From Balanoglossus misakiensis (Eukaryota; Animalia; Hemichordata): a stretch of 64,000 nt of DNA. A model generated the notes under the pieces. That model did not search any database. It was not told the DNA's origin and saw only the letters and a program-made list of their open reading frames with translations. The stretch covers positions 10,146,390 through 10,210,389 of the forward strand of contig CM082580.2 of assembly GCA_040954595.2 (NCBI GenBank), read 5' to 3'. Positions 1 to 12,777 of this stretch are shown one piece after another; positions within the stretch are counted from its first letter, which is position 1; each line of letters starts with the position of its first letter. The position numbers were made by a program, and so were the translations under genes.

Positions 1-1967
1 TAGTTGGGTGTGCAGGGTACTATGTAACAATATTTTTGTAATGGGTGACTTGACTATCTAAAACAATGAACACAGCTTAGCCGGAATTCAAAACATCATT
101 TTTGTCTTACTGGGTAAATGCACAGTTACACTTACCTTAGATTTTTTCCCCAAATGAACTTATGCGCCGAAATCTCCCTCAATGCAATCTCCAACTTGGC
201 CAAGCTTGAGGTTCTGCACGGCAGAATTGAACTCGCCGACCATAACCTGCAAAACGCCGAAAAATGAACCAGTCTGAGTTCACAGTCGCTCTTTATATGA
301 ACACCCTCAAACAGAAGTACATTTCTCTTCAGCCTTACCGCGGGTCCCGGTTCGAGCATGTGACAGCCAATCACAGCGGACGGCGAATGTGGTTATGCAA
401 ATTTTGACCTGAAAGCTGTTTACACGGCAGTCCAATGACCGGGAGAGCAATGCACAGAAGCTGCAGTTGAATGGAAGTTAAGGGGGGGGGGGAATGACAG
501 TGAATGAACTGAACAGTGACAATGCAATGCCCAGCAGTTTGACGACCTGACCTCAGGTATTTGTTATTTGCATATCAAGGTGAAAGAAGTAGGTCATTAT
601 TACTGGCGACCGAAAACGGTGGAAATTTTATACTGAAAAGTAAAATGTTTTTTTTTTTTCGAACAACCAGATGGACTGATAGCCCGAATTTCAGACTGCA
701 TTTTTAGCAACTGGTGACTTCCACAGGAATTCCGGACAAATTTACCGCGTGCTCTATAGCATCCACCTTGGAATGATGGCCTTCGAGTGACATTGCTCAG
801 TTCAGTGAACCCATCTGAGTGCAAGCTGATCGACTGAATTGAAAGGAACACGATCAGATAAGATATGTCATCATGCATAGTGAATATATAAAGAGTACCG
901 TGGGAATATAGATTCTAGCATTGTTATACTAATAGCTTGTACTGATTTCAATGAAGTGCTATCTATACCCACAGGGTGCTCTACCTCCCTGTTTGTTTGT
1001 TTCCTATTTATGAATGATTTTTTATACACAATGAAGAATCAACTATTAAAGTGCTGACTGTTTATGTTTGTGCTTGTCAAAACAAAGCAGTGGATTTTTA
1101 TTTGATTGTATCAGGAACTAGTCATCAATTTAGGTAACTTAATATGCGTTCATGACATCAATTTACTTTTTTTTTCAATATTGCAAATAATATTTGATAT
1201 AAACTGCAATAATTCTAATTGAGAGAAAACTAGGAACATTCAATTACTTAGAACATGTAATGTTCAATATGATGGACTTCTGATAGTAACAAACTGCTTG
1301 CCTGTGCTGGGCCCGGGTTGAACTCTGGTGATTTAATTGAGCTTCGTGTTGAAGTGGGTCAGCATGCAACCGTCTCTGTGTATGTGCTAAATGTGGCCGC
1401 ATAGAAGCAGGTCAGAGACATAAAAACCACTGAGGTTGAACACAGACGATCAAAACAAAAGATTTATGTGTCTATCAGCAGATACACAGGTACATGTACA
1501 TACATCATGTACATGTACAGTGGTCGGCCAGTGCATTGTGGGTCTGGAAAAACTAAAACTACCAGTATACTCAGTTTTAGGTCAAATCATTTTAGAATGT
1601 CACTCACTTTGCAGGCGACTAAAGTATAACACCATATATGGGGTCAAATCAAATGCATGGACAGTACATTCGAAAAGCAGGGCATTTATTGGTTGGAGGT
1701 ATAATACCGTGGAGAGAACAAGCTTTAGAAAAATCTATGGATGAAAAGGTGGGCTTTTTTATTACTGAGTTGAACGCTCTGGATAGCCCAGGACAATGCG
1801 CCCAAGCCAGTGGGTTAGGTACGGCCTTGAAGACCCTGTACCAGTTTTGAGGGTCCCCCGGTTACTGTGCATTATTAGCTGCTAATTATAAGAATATTGT
1901 CCCTGATCAAATCCCAATCTCAACATAATACATGTAAAAAAAATTAAAATCATTGATTACTTGGTAA

Positions 1968-2205
1968 GGGGCGGACCATTTGATTTATAGGGGGGCTGGA
2001 TGATTGGGGGGGGGGAATTGTCGAAAGTCTTTTGTCAGGAGAAATAACTTGTTTGTGCTGGCTGAGTAAACAAAAACGCTTCCAACAAGGCTTATAAAAT
2101 ATGTTACAGTTTGGAAAAAAAATGAAAAAATGCTGCCACGGTTGGTGAACAAAAACTTCTTGCCAAACCGAGATCCCCCCCCCCCGAAATCAAACGGTCC
2201 ACCCC
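1968..2205. mobile_element. Small MITE, PIF/Harbinger (Tourist)-like
   Basis: Terminal inverted repeats GGGGCGGACCATTTGATTT ... AAATCAAACGGTCCACCCC (2 mismatches), flanked by TAA/TGA (imperfect 3-bp TSD), G/C runs inside the ends, no coding capacity. Confidence 0.65.
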
Positions 2206-5200
2206 TGACTAGTATGGAGCTACTTTGGGTTGACTGATATTTCCCAGGATTCACTTGGTATGTTCACAGGACAATGACCTCTTGTACCGGCTGACCTTGT
2301 TCCAATATTTGTGTGGTTGATAAATATCTATGTTATTCATAACATGTGCACGTGATTTCATCTGTTGTTGTAGAATTTGTTAATTTTATTTGAGTAATGG
2401 CTCACTGTATAAATCTCCCATCTGACCACCAGCAGCTGCAGTACGTGGCATGCATGGAGCATCAAGGAGAAATTTCTGGGTTCCCAGTGTCTCTTGTACT
2501 AATACTACACATTTTGAAATTGGTCGATGAACGAAGAATTAATTTTATTTATTTGACAAGGACTAGCTGCATAATATCAATCAACACAATCGATGAAATG
2601 GTCGATGGTTTACCGTTATCCTTTGCTCTGTATCTTACGGCGATGTCTCCACACCATCACCGCCAGGTCTGTATGGACGCATCAGGATGGTTTCTGTCTT
2701 CCAACTTCGAAATTCCTCAACATATCTATCTAGCGAAAACTACATCGGCGATTTAACAAACAAGAACAGGACGTTGGCATCTATAAAGTGCCGAACAACA
2801 ACGGCAAAACGCATCAAAAAATATCTCTCCTCCATCAGCAACTTCCTGCGGAAGAGGGCGCTGTATTCGTAGCGCCAAATGTAACCCAGATATGGACTGA
2901 ATGTCCTCGCGTGGCTTTTCAGAGATGAAAGTTTACGCTGTTGATTGTTCTGTTCAATCTGATTAAAATCAGATGTAGAGTTAAGCGCTTACAACGATGT
3001 AATTAACTGTAACAATACAAGCCAAGGCGCATATTAACTTTGGGGTCCTGTATTCGTTATTACATCACCTTTACAAGTTCTGCGCTTAGACGCACACACA
3101 GTTGAAACAGTGTAAAAACTACGCACGCATCCCCGAAAAAAATACAAACAAATATGATGATTGATACGAGCAAAAAATCACTCCGGAAAATGTCACCAAT
3201 AAACAGACCTTGTCCTTGGTCGATCGATTCCCCAGTGCCCAGACAGACACAAGTACATTGACCATTTCATATTTGTTAGAAATACCACCAAAGTTACAAA
3301 GTAAGAAAATAAACACGACTGCTAGAGCTACATACGGATATAAAGAATGAAGGCTTAAGTACACGATGCCAAGGTAAAATCAATAAAATTGTGATGCTGT
3401 TAACGTTAGCTACATCGTCTGCAATTGATTTTGAGTCTAGCCATTTCAGGCTGCTCACGATTGTCAGGGTTCAGCACAACAGGTTTTCGTTTGTATTCAT
3501 TCGTGAACTGACACATAGAAAACTCGCGTGTCATGTTAATCGAGTAAAAACTATCGTACTACTACAGGGTAAAATTCTGTATCCTACTACTTTCTAAGGC
3601 TAGAACGGCATTCGCTAAATACCGGACCGGGTGCGTGGGAGAGGAGATGCCCGAGCTGTGATTTTTGGCCGGTGGGGGCGCAGACTTTATCCGTTTAGCA
3701 GTTAAGTTGGAGAAGAGAGCAGTTGAATTGGACCGTTGCCACCAGCACCAGAACGCCAAGTGACCGCATCCTTCTTCCGCAGGTATACTTTAACTCTGTC
3801 TTCTCTCACCTAAAATCGATAAAAATGAGAAGGCCAGGTAGTGAGTATGTAACACGATTTCGAAAACTACAATGTCACTGTCTATGTCTACACTTCAGGT
3901 TGGCAAGTATAGTTCATGTTCTTACCTTCCATGTACATTTGCTTTTCTCGATAGGTTTATAGAGTTGCTTCCCGTTCTCTTCAAAGGCATAAGTACGCCC
4001 ATCGTAGACCACTTTGACCTCAAAGGAACTGTAAATGAATAACGGCCATAGCATATCGTTTCAGAGATAGAAATCCAAGACAATTGACGTTTTTCATGCT
4101 TTGCTAGTGAATTCGGGGACACTGGTTAAAAACGTACTCACTTTGACATCCCAAACTTTGATGAACAGAATGTAAATGTTGTATTTAATACACGGGCGTA
4201 TAACAGAACAGCTCTGACAGAGTCTGCGTGCAAATGTAAACATCATTCATGTATAGTTTCAAACAGCGTTCTCCCCGAGGGGTTTTAGCAGGGCAGACCC
4301 GCCCTCCTTTATTTTTTGCCGCCCTGCTATCTTACGCGCCGCCCTGCTTTCTTTTCATTCCCGCCCTGGTAAACATCCCCGTGACGCTTACCAACTCTCG
4401 TGATGATTGACAGTGCGATGCGAATACACTACTTGCACACTGAATCCCTGATGCCAACGCCATGACGAATTCCCAAGCAGCCAATGCATATCTTCTTCGG
4501 ACCCATGTGACTTTGGATGAAATCGCGGAAGAAACACTTACTTGTCTTTAAACTTGGTTTCTACTTTCACATCTCCCGTAAGTTCTTTCCATTTGGACAC
4601 ACCGACAATTCTTGCCTTGATTTTGATTACTTCAAAATCATCAGTCTCTGAAATACCTGTTGAAATGTTGATTTCCCCAGCTTTAGAGAATTGCTCAGTA
4701 ATTATACCATATGATATAGGTTTCAAATAATTAACTATACTCACGTAATTCTGTCAAATAGTCTATTTTGGTGTTTGCACCCATGCTTTGTCTCCTGCAA
4801 TAATAACAAAAAGCAATGTGTATCAGGGGCTAGGAATGAAACTTGTCTGTGAAAGACTTTTCCGTTGGATCTTTCTCTGCCTGAAGCTCTTATTAACGCT
4901 GACTTCCATGTTTAAATCACGGTGTCGTCACCTTTATCCGACGAACAAGTCATTACGATGGGATTGATATTTACTTTTACTCCGCGAAATGCCATGTCTT
5001 GAATACCAGTGACCGCGTTGAAAATACTTAAAACTTTGTGAACATTTGGTGACTGTGAAGCGTGTATTTAGACACATGTATACCCAGTCCCAGCTTGATG
5101 CAGAGGATCTGCGATGGAACCGTGATACCTTCGGTTGCAGGTCCAGGGAATGACAGCCACGTATGCAATGCTTTTCCAAAGTCGCAACTTTTCCAGCCCA

Positions 5201-6634
5201 CTCACATTCTTGTATTATTCCTGAGGGCCACTTTATTTGCATGACAATTGAAGACGCTGCATCAACAAATCACTCGAAACCGATTTTTTCCTATTGGATG
5301 AGCTAAAACAATGGCCGCTACACTATGCCATGCGAATTAGCCGTCCCCAGCTACCGGGTTGAAAAAGCAACGCGGTCGTTAAGTTGTCAATGGGACACCG
5401 AATCCAATCAGACATATACTTGTGAAAGCAGCCATTAATTGTTTTGATGCAAATCCAGGAACACCGAACAAAAAGGTTAGATAGTAAACAACATTACAAT
5501 GAATTCTAGTTTCATAATTTCTCTCTGTGAGGTCAATGCTACTTTTCCATTGGATCTCAATCTAATCGCAAAACCGGATTGGCTTGTTCGCATATTATCC
5601 ATACTTCATGAAAACGAAAACACTTCATGTATATATGGCGGACACTGAGGCTGCGGAGAAATCGATTTGCCCAGCCAGATTTCCAAGCATTACTTCAGAA
5701 GTTCTCGTGCGTAGTGCTATAAGGTACAGTCGTATGACGGTATGAGAGCTCCCCGAAAGACGACTGTACCTCATACGCTTGCACCTCACAGTCTAGCGTT
5801 GTACCTGTGCGAGACAAAACTGGTACCAAATTCCAAGACTCTCACACGAACTTTCTTCACTTCAACAAAAAAAGTATTGTCAGTCAGTCAACAAACACGG
5901 ACACTCGCATGAGCACAGAACGTACACAAACGTGTCCGTTGTCATGTAATTAGAAGAAGCACAGGGCCAGCAGTATAACAGGTGTAGCGTTTACCTTCCT
6001 TACCTGCGGTTAAGTTAACAGATTCTTGCTCCACGAGAGCGGGCCGTGAACACTTTGCCTTGTAAACACGCACTTCTGCCTCGTTCTGTCTTTATGGAGG
6101 GGTTTGTGTTTCATTTATGGGGGGCTGTACTGTTCTGTACCGATTACGCAAGATTGCTTCAACAACAAAACAGTACAATCCGAGAAAGCAAGAGGGACCC
6201 ACAAAATCAATTCACACACCGGAAACGCGGTGTCATTGTAGATGTCAGCATTGATGCAACAATACAACCATAAATACACTCGAATAACCATGGAGGATTA
6301 AGCCTATCACTAATACCCCGGATTTTTCTAGCTTTTATTGGGAGCAGCGGGACCATGTTGGGACACCTGCACAAAGCGCCCTCAACAGGCATAAAACCAA
6401 GTCTCGTTTGGATTGGCCTATAGACAACTGTACGTACGAACTACATCCGTAGTACGTCCCATGGTTTATGCACATGTATAATACATGAAGCATGCGCAGA
6501 CATACCTTTGGGGGATATGTATGTAGGTCATGCTGAGGCCTTCATTTTTGGCCGGCCTACGGAGCCTCAGAACCCCCCAAAGGTACACCAGGTGCAACTT
6601 TTCTGATGCCACTGTTTTGCATGATCAACCCAAG

Positions 6635-8380
6635 ATGTCGGAGAAACACCTGGCCAAAGGTAAGATTCGTTCCGGCGTGAAATTCAGTGCGGCCAACTTG
6701 AAGTGACTGCATTGCATTGACCCAGGTCAGCCGTGATATAACCACTACGTACGCTTACTGGTATGGCTTGTCCGGCTAATGGCTGCGCTGCAGTTGTGTA
6801 TTGACAGCCTACATGTTGGCTGCAGTGGTTGGCTGATCTGCGGTGCGCAGTGCGAAAAGCAACCATGAGACAGAGTGTTATGCGTTAAACCTAAGGTTAA
6901 AACATTTGCTGTCAACTAAATTATTTTTACACGCTTTTGTAACTATTGCCATGTATGTTATGTTAGATCTTTAACCATGAAACTGACTGCCAATCTCAAA
7001 ATGACCAATGGACAGGGACGCCGGCTAGGTACAAAGTCTTCTATTTAGCAATGCAAACATTCCCGAAAGTGCATTGACACCAGAGTGAGTGCAGTTGTGG
7101 TGGCTCTTTCGTATTATGTCACTGCCTGATTTCCCATTTTGTCACTTCAAGATTCACTTCAGATTGTCTTGGTACATGTACATGTACTATTGTCGTACCT
7201 TTTACAAATGATCGACACCAACTTATGTTTATTATTTGCTAATAGGGTCACCATTTCCTCCTCTGAAGTATGGGACAATACGTCTGTACAGTATGAGGTT
7301 TTGTCCGTATGCACAGAGGTCAAGAATGGCCTTAGCTGCCAAAGGAATACAGTAGGTATCCGAAGAATTTCATGTACATAATTCGATGGAAAGCTTTCCT
7401 TCAGGATGAAATTAGCTATTTTTTATTGTTGAAGACACTACTACTATTCAAACTTAGTGTATGTTTTGTTTTGTTTTCTCAGGTTTGAACTTGTCAATTG
7501 TGATTTGATGCGAAAGCCCGAGTGGCTATTGGAAAGAAACCCAAAGGGTCTTGTACCAGTGTTGGAGCACGATGGCGTAGTCGTCTTCGAGTCCCTCACC
7601 GTGAACAACTACCTGGACGAAGTCTTTCCGGGTCAGAGGTCACTTAACCCCAAGGATCCTCTTCAGAGGGCGAAGGACGGGATGTTGTATGATCTCTTCG
7701 ATGGCTATGTATGTATATATGTGTGTGTGTGTTCATTATTGTACAGTCTTTTTGCAAATGCACAACTCGCAGTTTCAGTCATGAGACCGAAGACCTGCGA
7801 TAGAAACAAAATTCTTTTTGCAAAGATTCCGGTGTTTTAACTGAAAGATCCGAGGACTAAATCATAGCAAATGAAGTATACCTTTTCCGTATGTTACCAA
7901 CAGATTTTAGGACCGTATTTCAATTTGATTCGGGCCAACGAGGAAGCAAAGGCACGCATCCTGAAGGGATTACGCAAATTGGACTCAGAGTTGAAAATCA
8001 GAGGAACAGAATTCTTCGGAGGTGACCAACCAGGCATGCTGGACTACAATATGTGGCCGTGGTTGGAAAGACTGTACCAAATGCAGGGAGAGGCCGGAGT
8101 TACGCTCTTTGTCGACACGATGCCACTTTTGAAGAAGTACGTGAAGAGAATGTTTGAAGATGAAGCCGTCAAGGTCACGCAAAACCCTCCTGTACTGAGA
8201 AGAAAATTCAGTCATTCTTATCTCTCAGGGAATCCACAATATGATTTTGACGAAGACTCAGGTGAGAAACAGAACCCCGCCTCTCTCTCTCCCCTCTCTC
8301 ACTCTTTATTATTACCTATTGTCTGACTGTCTGTCTGTCTCTATCTTTTTTTCTCATCACCAGCACAAGCAAAGTTGTGA
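6635..8380 (+). CDS. GSTO: Glutathione S-transferase omega, copy A (243 aa, C-terminal AKL)
   Basis: Exons 6635-6659 (MSEKHLAKG), 7246-7351 ([12 protein letters not shown], active-site Cys), 7483-7708 ([21 protein letters not shown]), 7904-8261 ([20 protein letters not shown]), 8364-8380 (AQAKL*). All GT-AG and frame-consistent (732 nt). The last mini-exon is less certain than the rest. Confidence 0.92.
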
Positions 8381-9337
8381 AGATATCTGTATTTACAGCC
8401 CGAGAAATTAACAACACGAAAAGGAGTTATACCAAATGGGCGGCTGCAATGAATGTCCCGTGTGGACCATTGTAATTGGCCTAAATTGCAAGATTGCAAT
8501 TGGCGAATTATGAGAGGTCATAAGACACACCCGCTGCATGGCAGTATAAATCGCGGAGGAGCTACTATCAGCATTATCAATACAATCAGCCAATTGAAAT
8601 ATTTTCAGAAAAACAGCTTTAAAGAGTTCCTCTAAATCAATGTCAGACCCTCCCTCATCTATTACCTGATGCATTTTTCTCATGAGAACGCAGTGGAATA
8701 CGGGCAATAAGGTTATATGAGCTATTCAATTTGTAACTTCCAATACATTTACATTAATTTTGGATTACGTCTTCTTGGAATTTCAGCGTGTTAAACAGAA
8801 TAAGTGTTCCATTTTGACATTGACATTTATCTATTGAATTAAGATAGATCATGACTGTCCAAAATGTGTCTTATCAATAAAATTTCCCGAACTTGTATGC
8901 TCACAAACCGACAGAGGCCGATCAAAGTACATGTACGTACAGTCAGGTGAACAATCGGCTGTACAGAACATGTGATACATGTACGTGATCTTACCGTTAA
9001 CAGTCAAGCTCCGGCTGTCTAAGAAGAAGAAGGGAGAAGCTAATATTGCAGCCAAGAACGCTCAGACCTGTCCGTGAAAAATTTGCACAGTTTTTGGAGG
9101 ACACCAGAAGTGCCAACCGCATAGATTTACATTTTTTTATTGGTCATACATTTCTTGTACAATCTAATCCCATGCCTATGGGAGTTCATTGACGATCACA
9201 CGTATACCTCACACACATTGTTGATGTCACAAGATTTCAACGACTATGAGACTGTACATTTCACACAATGTGATCATGACCCAAGCGAAGACTAAGTGCC
9301 AGACTCTGCTTAACTTATAGCCTAGTCACTGTGATTA

Positions 9338-10247
9338 GGGAGCATTCGTCTTTTACAGGGAGGGGGGGGGCCGGTGGAATTTGAGTCGCCGACTAAATGT
9401 AAAAGGCAACCCCCCCTCGAAATTACTTTTCTAAAATGTGTCCCCCCCTAAATTCTTCAATTGTAAAATGTGACCCCCCCAAAAAAAAACAACAACAAAG
9501 TTTATCCACCGGATTAAACTTATCAAACTTTGTCAGATATTTAGACTGACCATTGTTATTGCTGACATATGATTCTATTCAGAATTACATTCATTCTATC
9601 TTGTAAAAAAAGAAAAACAGCACTCCCATGAAAAGAATTTGAAACTGATGTTTCCCCTCATCAGTGGGCATTAAAACTGAACATTGTTTTTATTTTTTAA
9701 GTATTTGTATTCTGTGTTGGGAGACATTGTAAACCGAGAATTGAAGGGGGTGGGTTTGGGAGGGGGTGTCCCCCTCCCACGTTAAAAAAAATTGTAAAAT
9801 ACAGAGCTCAAAGCTGCATTTTAATGAACCCGGCAAAAGCAAATTAACTCAACTACCGGTATGTTGGGGAGGACAAATTTAACCGTCGCCGCTCAAAGTT
9901 ATCATGGGGTGGGGGCAAGTCCCCTGACCTGGGACACTATAGATAAACCAGTAAATGATTGAAAGGTGTTGATGAATGGAGGGGGTGGGTGTGGGAGGGG
10001 GTTTCCCCCTCCCACATTAGAAAATTTTGTAAAATAAAGGGCGCGAAACTGCATTTTTGCGGACTCAAAATAAACATTTAGTCGTCAAAGTTTGCTATAA
10101 TTCCATACAAATCTGTTGTAAAAATTGTCCCCCCCCCAAACCATTGATTATAAAATTTGTCCCCCCCCCTAAAAACTGCTTTGTAAAAGTAAACCCCCCC
10201 TGATTTCCACCGGCCCCCCCCCCTCCCTGTAAAAAACGAATGCTCCC
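9338..10247. mobile_element. Non-autonomous DNA transposon / MITE, PIF/Harbinger-like, 910 bp
   Basis: ~45-bp TIRs GGGAGCATTCGTCTTTTACAGGGAGGGGG..CCGGTGGAA and its reverse complement at 10205-10247; TTA target-site duplication at 9335-9337 and 10248-10250; two internal copies of a GGGAGGGGG..CCCCTCCCAC hairpin motif (~9745, ~9980). Confidence 0.85.
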
Positions 10248-10502
10248 TTAAGATCGAGGTCGCCTCTCCGTTGGCACGTAGAGTTTCTACATAACAATTG
10301 ATATGATGAGTCACAGTGACGATTCATGAAATCTTGTGAAATTTGCCATGTCATTATCCTGACACCAGACTTGTACACGACACTGTTTAAAACAGAGTCC
10401 TCCCTTATTTCTTTTACGTTGCATCTTGGGTCTGGTGCTTGAGGGGCCTGTGGTTCTACACATAAAAGCTAATGACAGTATTGCGTGTGTCTGCTTCACC
10501 AC

Positions 10503-10552
10503 AGGTCAAAGGTGAACTTTATAACCTCATTATCACGTGTGTCCTATATAAG
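10503..10552 (+). promoter_or_regulatory. Core promoter of GSTO copy B: DR1 nuclear-receptor element, E-box, TATA box
   Basis: AGGTCA-A-AGGTGA (10503-10515), CACGTG (10534-10539) and TATATAAG (10545-10552), ~70 bp upstream of the ATG at 10620. Confidence 0.55.
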
Positions 10553-10619
10553 CGCCATCCAGTCCCTGCAAAATACCACTCACCGCCTGATACTGTGACC
10601 GCCCTACAACTAAAACGGT

Positions 10620-11298
10620 ATGTCTGAAAAACATCTAGAAACAGGTGAGACATTTCACAACATTCTTCATTAGTCTTTGGAGGTAGGATAATACTGTTGC
10701 CTTAATAGTGTGTTTTGCGACACAACTTCTTTCAATTAGGCGACTGCTCTATAGGTAAATGATTTCAGCCGAGGTCGAACTTGGTAAAGGTATTCTGTGA
10801 TTTTGACTACCAAATTACGCGGTATGGTGTTGTGGAGATGCTGGTTATGTAGGAGAGAATCGTTAGCTTTTATAATCTGTTTTGAAGGATTTTGCATCGC
10901 GGGTACATTTCACGATAACTCTCATGGCTTAGAATTCGTACTCTGTCAGCGTATCCTTGAACCCCAACCCGGCCAAAAAAGTAAACTCTTTGTTTCGCGA
11001 CCCGGCGCTATCAATTTTTGCTAGGACTTATTTTCAACCAGACTCCCCTAAACTATGGGACTTTGGCGATAAATAATTTTTGTTCGTGTATGTATGTTTA
11101 TGTAGGAGCACCCTTTCCTCCCGTTAAAGATGGGGCGATACGACTTTATAGTATGCGATTTTGTCCGTTCGCACAGAGATCCAGACTGGCGCTGGCTGCG
11201 AAGGGAATAAAGTAAGTACATGCTGCCATTCCGTCTTCTGTTGGCTTATTCGTTCTGGTTGAATTCAACAGCATCAGAATTAAAGGACGCTGGTGTAT

Positions 11299-11330
<32 letters not shown>

Positions 11331-12539
11331 TAGAGCGAGCGAGAGAGAGACAGAGTCTGCACACGATGACGCCCATTTGATTCATTGCGTTGGCATTAAT
11401 TATATGTCAGTTGTCTGAGGCGACGGAATATGTAGCGATCGTCGGAGTGAATGTAGATCTAACGCACCCCTTACATATGTCGTCCGTCCCTATTTCAGGT
11501 TTGAAGTTGTCAACTGCAACTTGGCCAGAAAGCCGGAATGGCTGCTTGAGAGGAATCCCAAAGGTCTGGTTCCTGTACTGGAGCACGACGGGAAAGTCGT
11601 CTTCGAATCCCTGATCGTCAACGACTACTTAGATGAAGTCTTTCCGGGTACACGGTCACTTAACCCTAAGGATCCTTATCAGAAAGCAAAGGACGGAATT
11701 CTGGTAGATTTATTTGGAAGTCAGGTATGACACCATATTTAATCCTTTATTATAAATTCATATGATAAACAATTTTAAATTTTGTCCTTCGAAGATGACT
11801 AAGCTAGTCTTATAAATTGTTGCTTTTCGGGGTACTAAAAATGCCAACTTGATAATAGTGTTCGGAATACTAATATCTGCTGATTTTTCTCGTTTTCTAT
11901 GATAAGTTATATTTTTTTTGAAATTCCACCTCAGATTACCGCAAATTTCTACAAAGTCGCAAGGTCCCAGGGCAAAGATGAAGACGCAAAGGAAAATATG
12001 CTGAAAGGAGTAGCTAAGATGGAAGCCGAACTGAAAAGTAGAGGCACCAAATTCTTTGGAGGTGAGTTTACGATTGTTATAGGGGTACTCAGTAGGTTGC
12101 AAGGACCCCCTAAGTTCAGTAATAAAGATCGTACTCGTTGGCAGCCATCTTTGTCAGTGACTCGCTCTATAACATGGTGTCAGAAGTAGGATCTTTATTA
12201 TCTTCATTAATATTTTCCCATTCATATTTTTATCTCGTGAAAGCTTAATCGTCACATCAGATAGGCTCTATCAGATTCATAAAAGTGTGTTTTTGATTCC
12301 CTGAAGGCGATCAGCCAGGCATGGTGGACTACAACGTGTGGCCCTGGCTTGAAAGAATGAAGGAGATGCAAGAGGGTATAGGAGTTATGGTGTACGGCGA
12401 CAACACACCTCTCCTGAACGACTATGTTGACAGGATGTTCGCTGATGAAGCGGTCAAGAGCACCCTCAACCCCAAGGAACTTCGGGACAAGTTCTACGCC
12501 TCGTACAAAGCTGGCAATATGCAGTATGATTTTGATTAA
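10620..12539 (+). CDS. GSTO: Glutathione S-transferase omega, copy B (238 aa)
   Basis: Exons 10620-10644 (MSEKHLETG), 11106-11211 ([12 protein letters not shown]), 11499-11724, 11935-12061, 12307-12539 ([18 protein letters not shown]). GT-AG, 717 nt in frame; first three exon sizes identical to copy A. Confidence 0.93.
11299..11352. repeat. (AG)n microsatellite in GSTO-B intron 2
   Basis: Run of GA dinucleotides with GC interruptions. Confidence 0.85.
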
Positions 12540-12777
12540 ATTGGGTATGCATTGAGTATGCAAATTACAATTATTTTTAAAGTATGCAGATAGTTTTGTT
12601 TTATTCAAAGCTTGCCTTGTATCTAGACTAGGAACCCGTTGCTACGGTAATTAACTAAATCTCGCGAGATCCCGCTATGAGCGGAAATGTGACTACATCA
12701 CAAGATAAGTAAAATGCCACTGTACTCGACGGCAGAATTTCATATTCCGATTCATATAACTCCGAGTGGAACGATGA

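Noticed and set aside
136-360. Two minus-strand exon-like segments (donors ~135 and ~338, acceptor ~247)
   Set aside because: Could be the 5' end of a gene leaving the window, but there is no recognisable product, so it is not called.
5722-5771. 12-bp hairpin AGGTACAGTCGT..ACGACTGTACCT
   Set aside because: Too short to assign; probably a repeat remnant.
6977-7048. Alternative GSTO-A first exon ([18 protein letters not shown])
   Set aside because: Weak donor; 6635-6659 matches the paralogue's MSEKHL exon in size and sequence.
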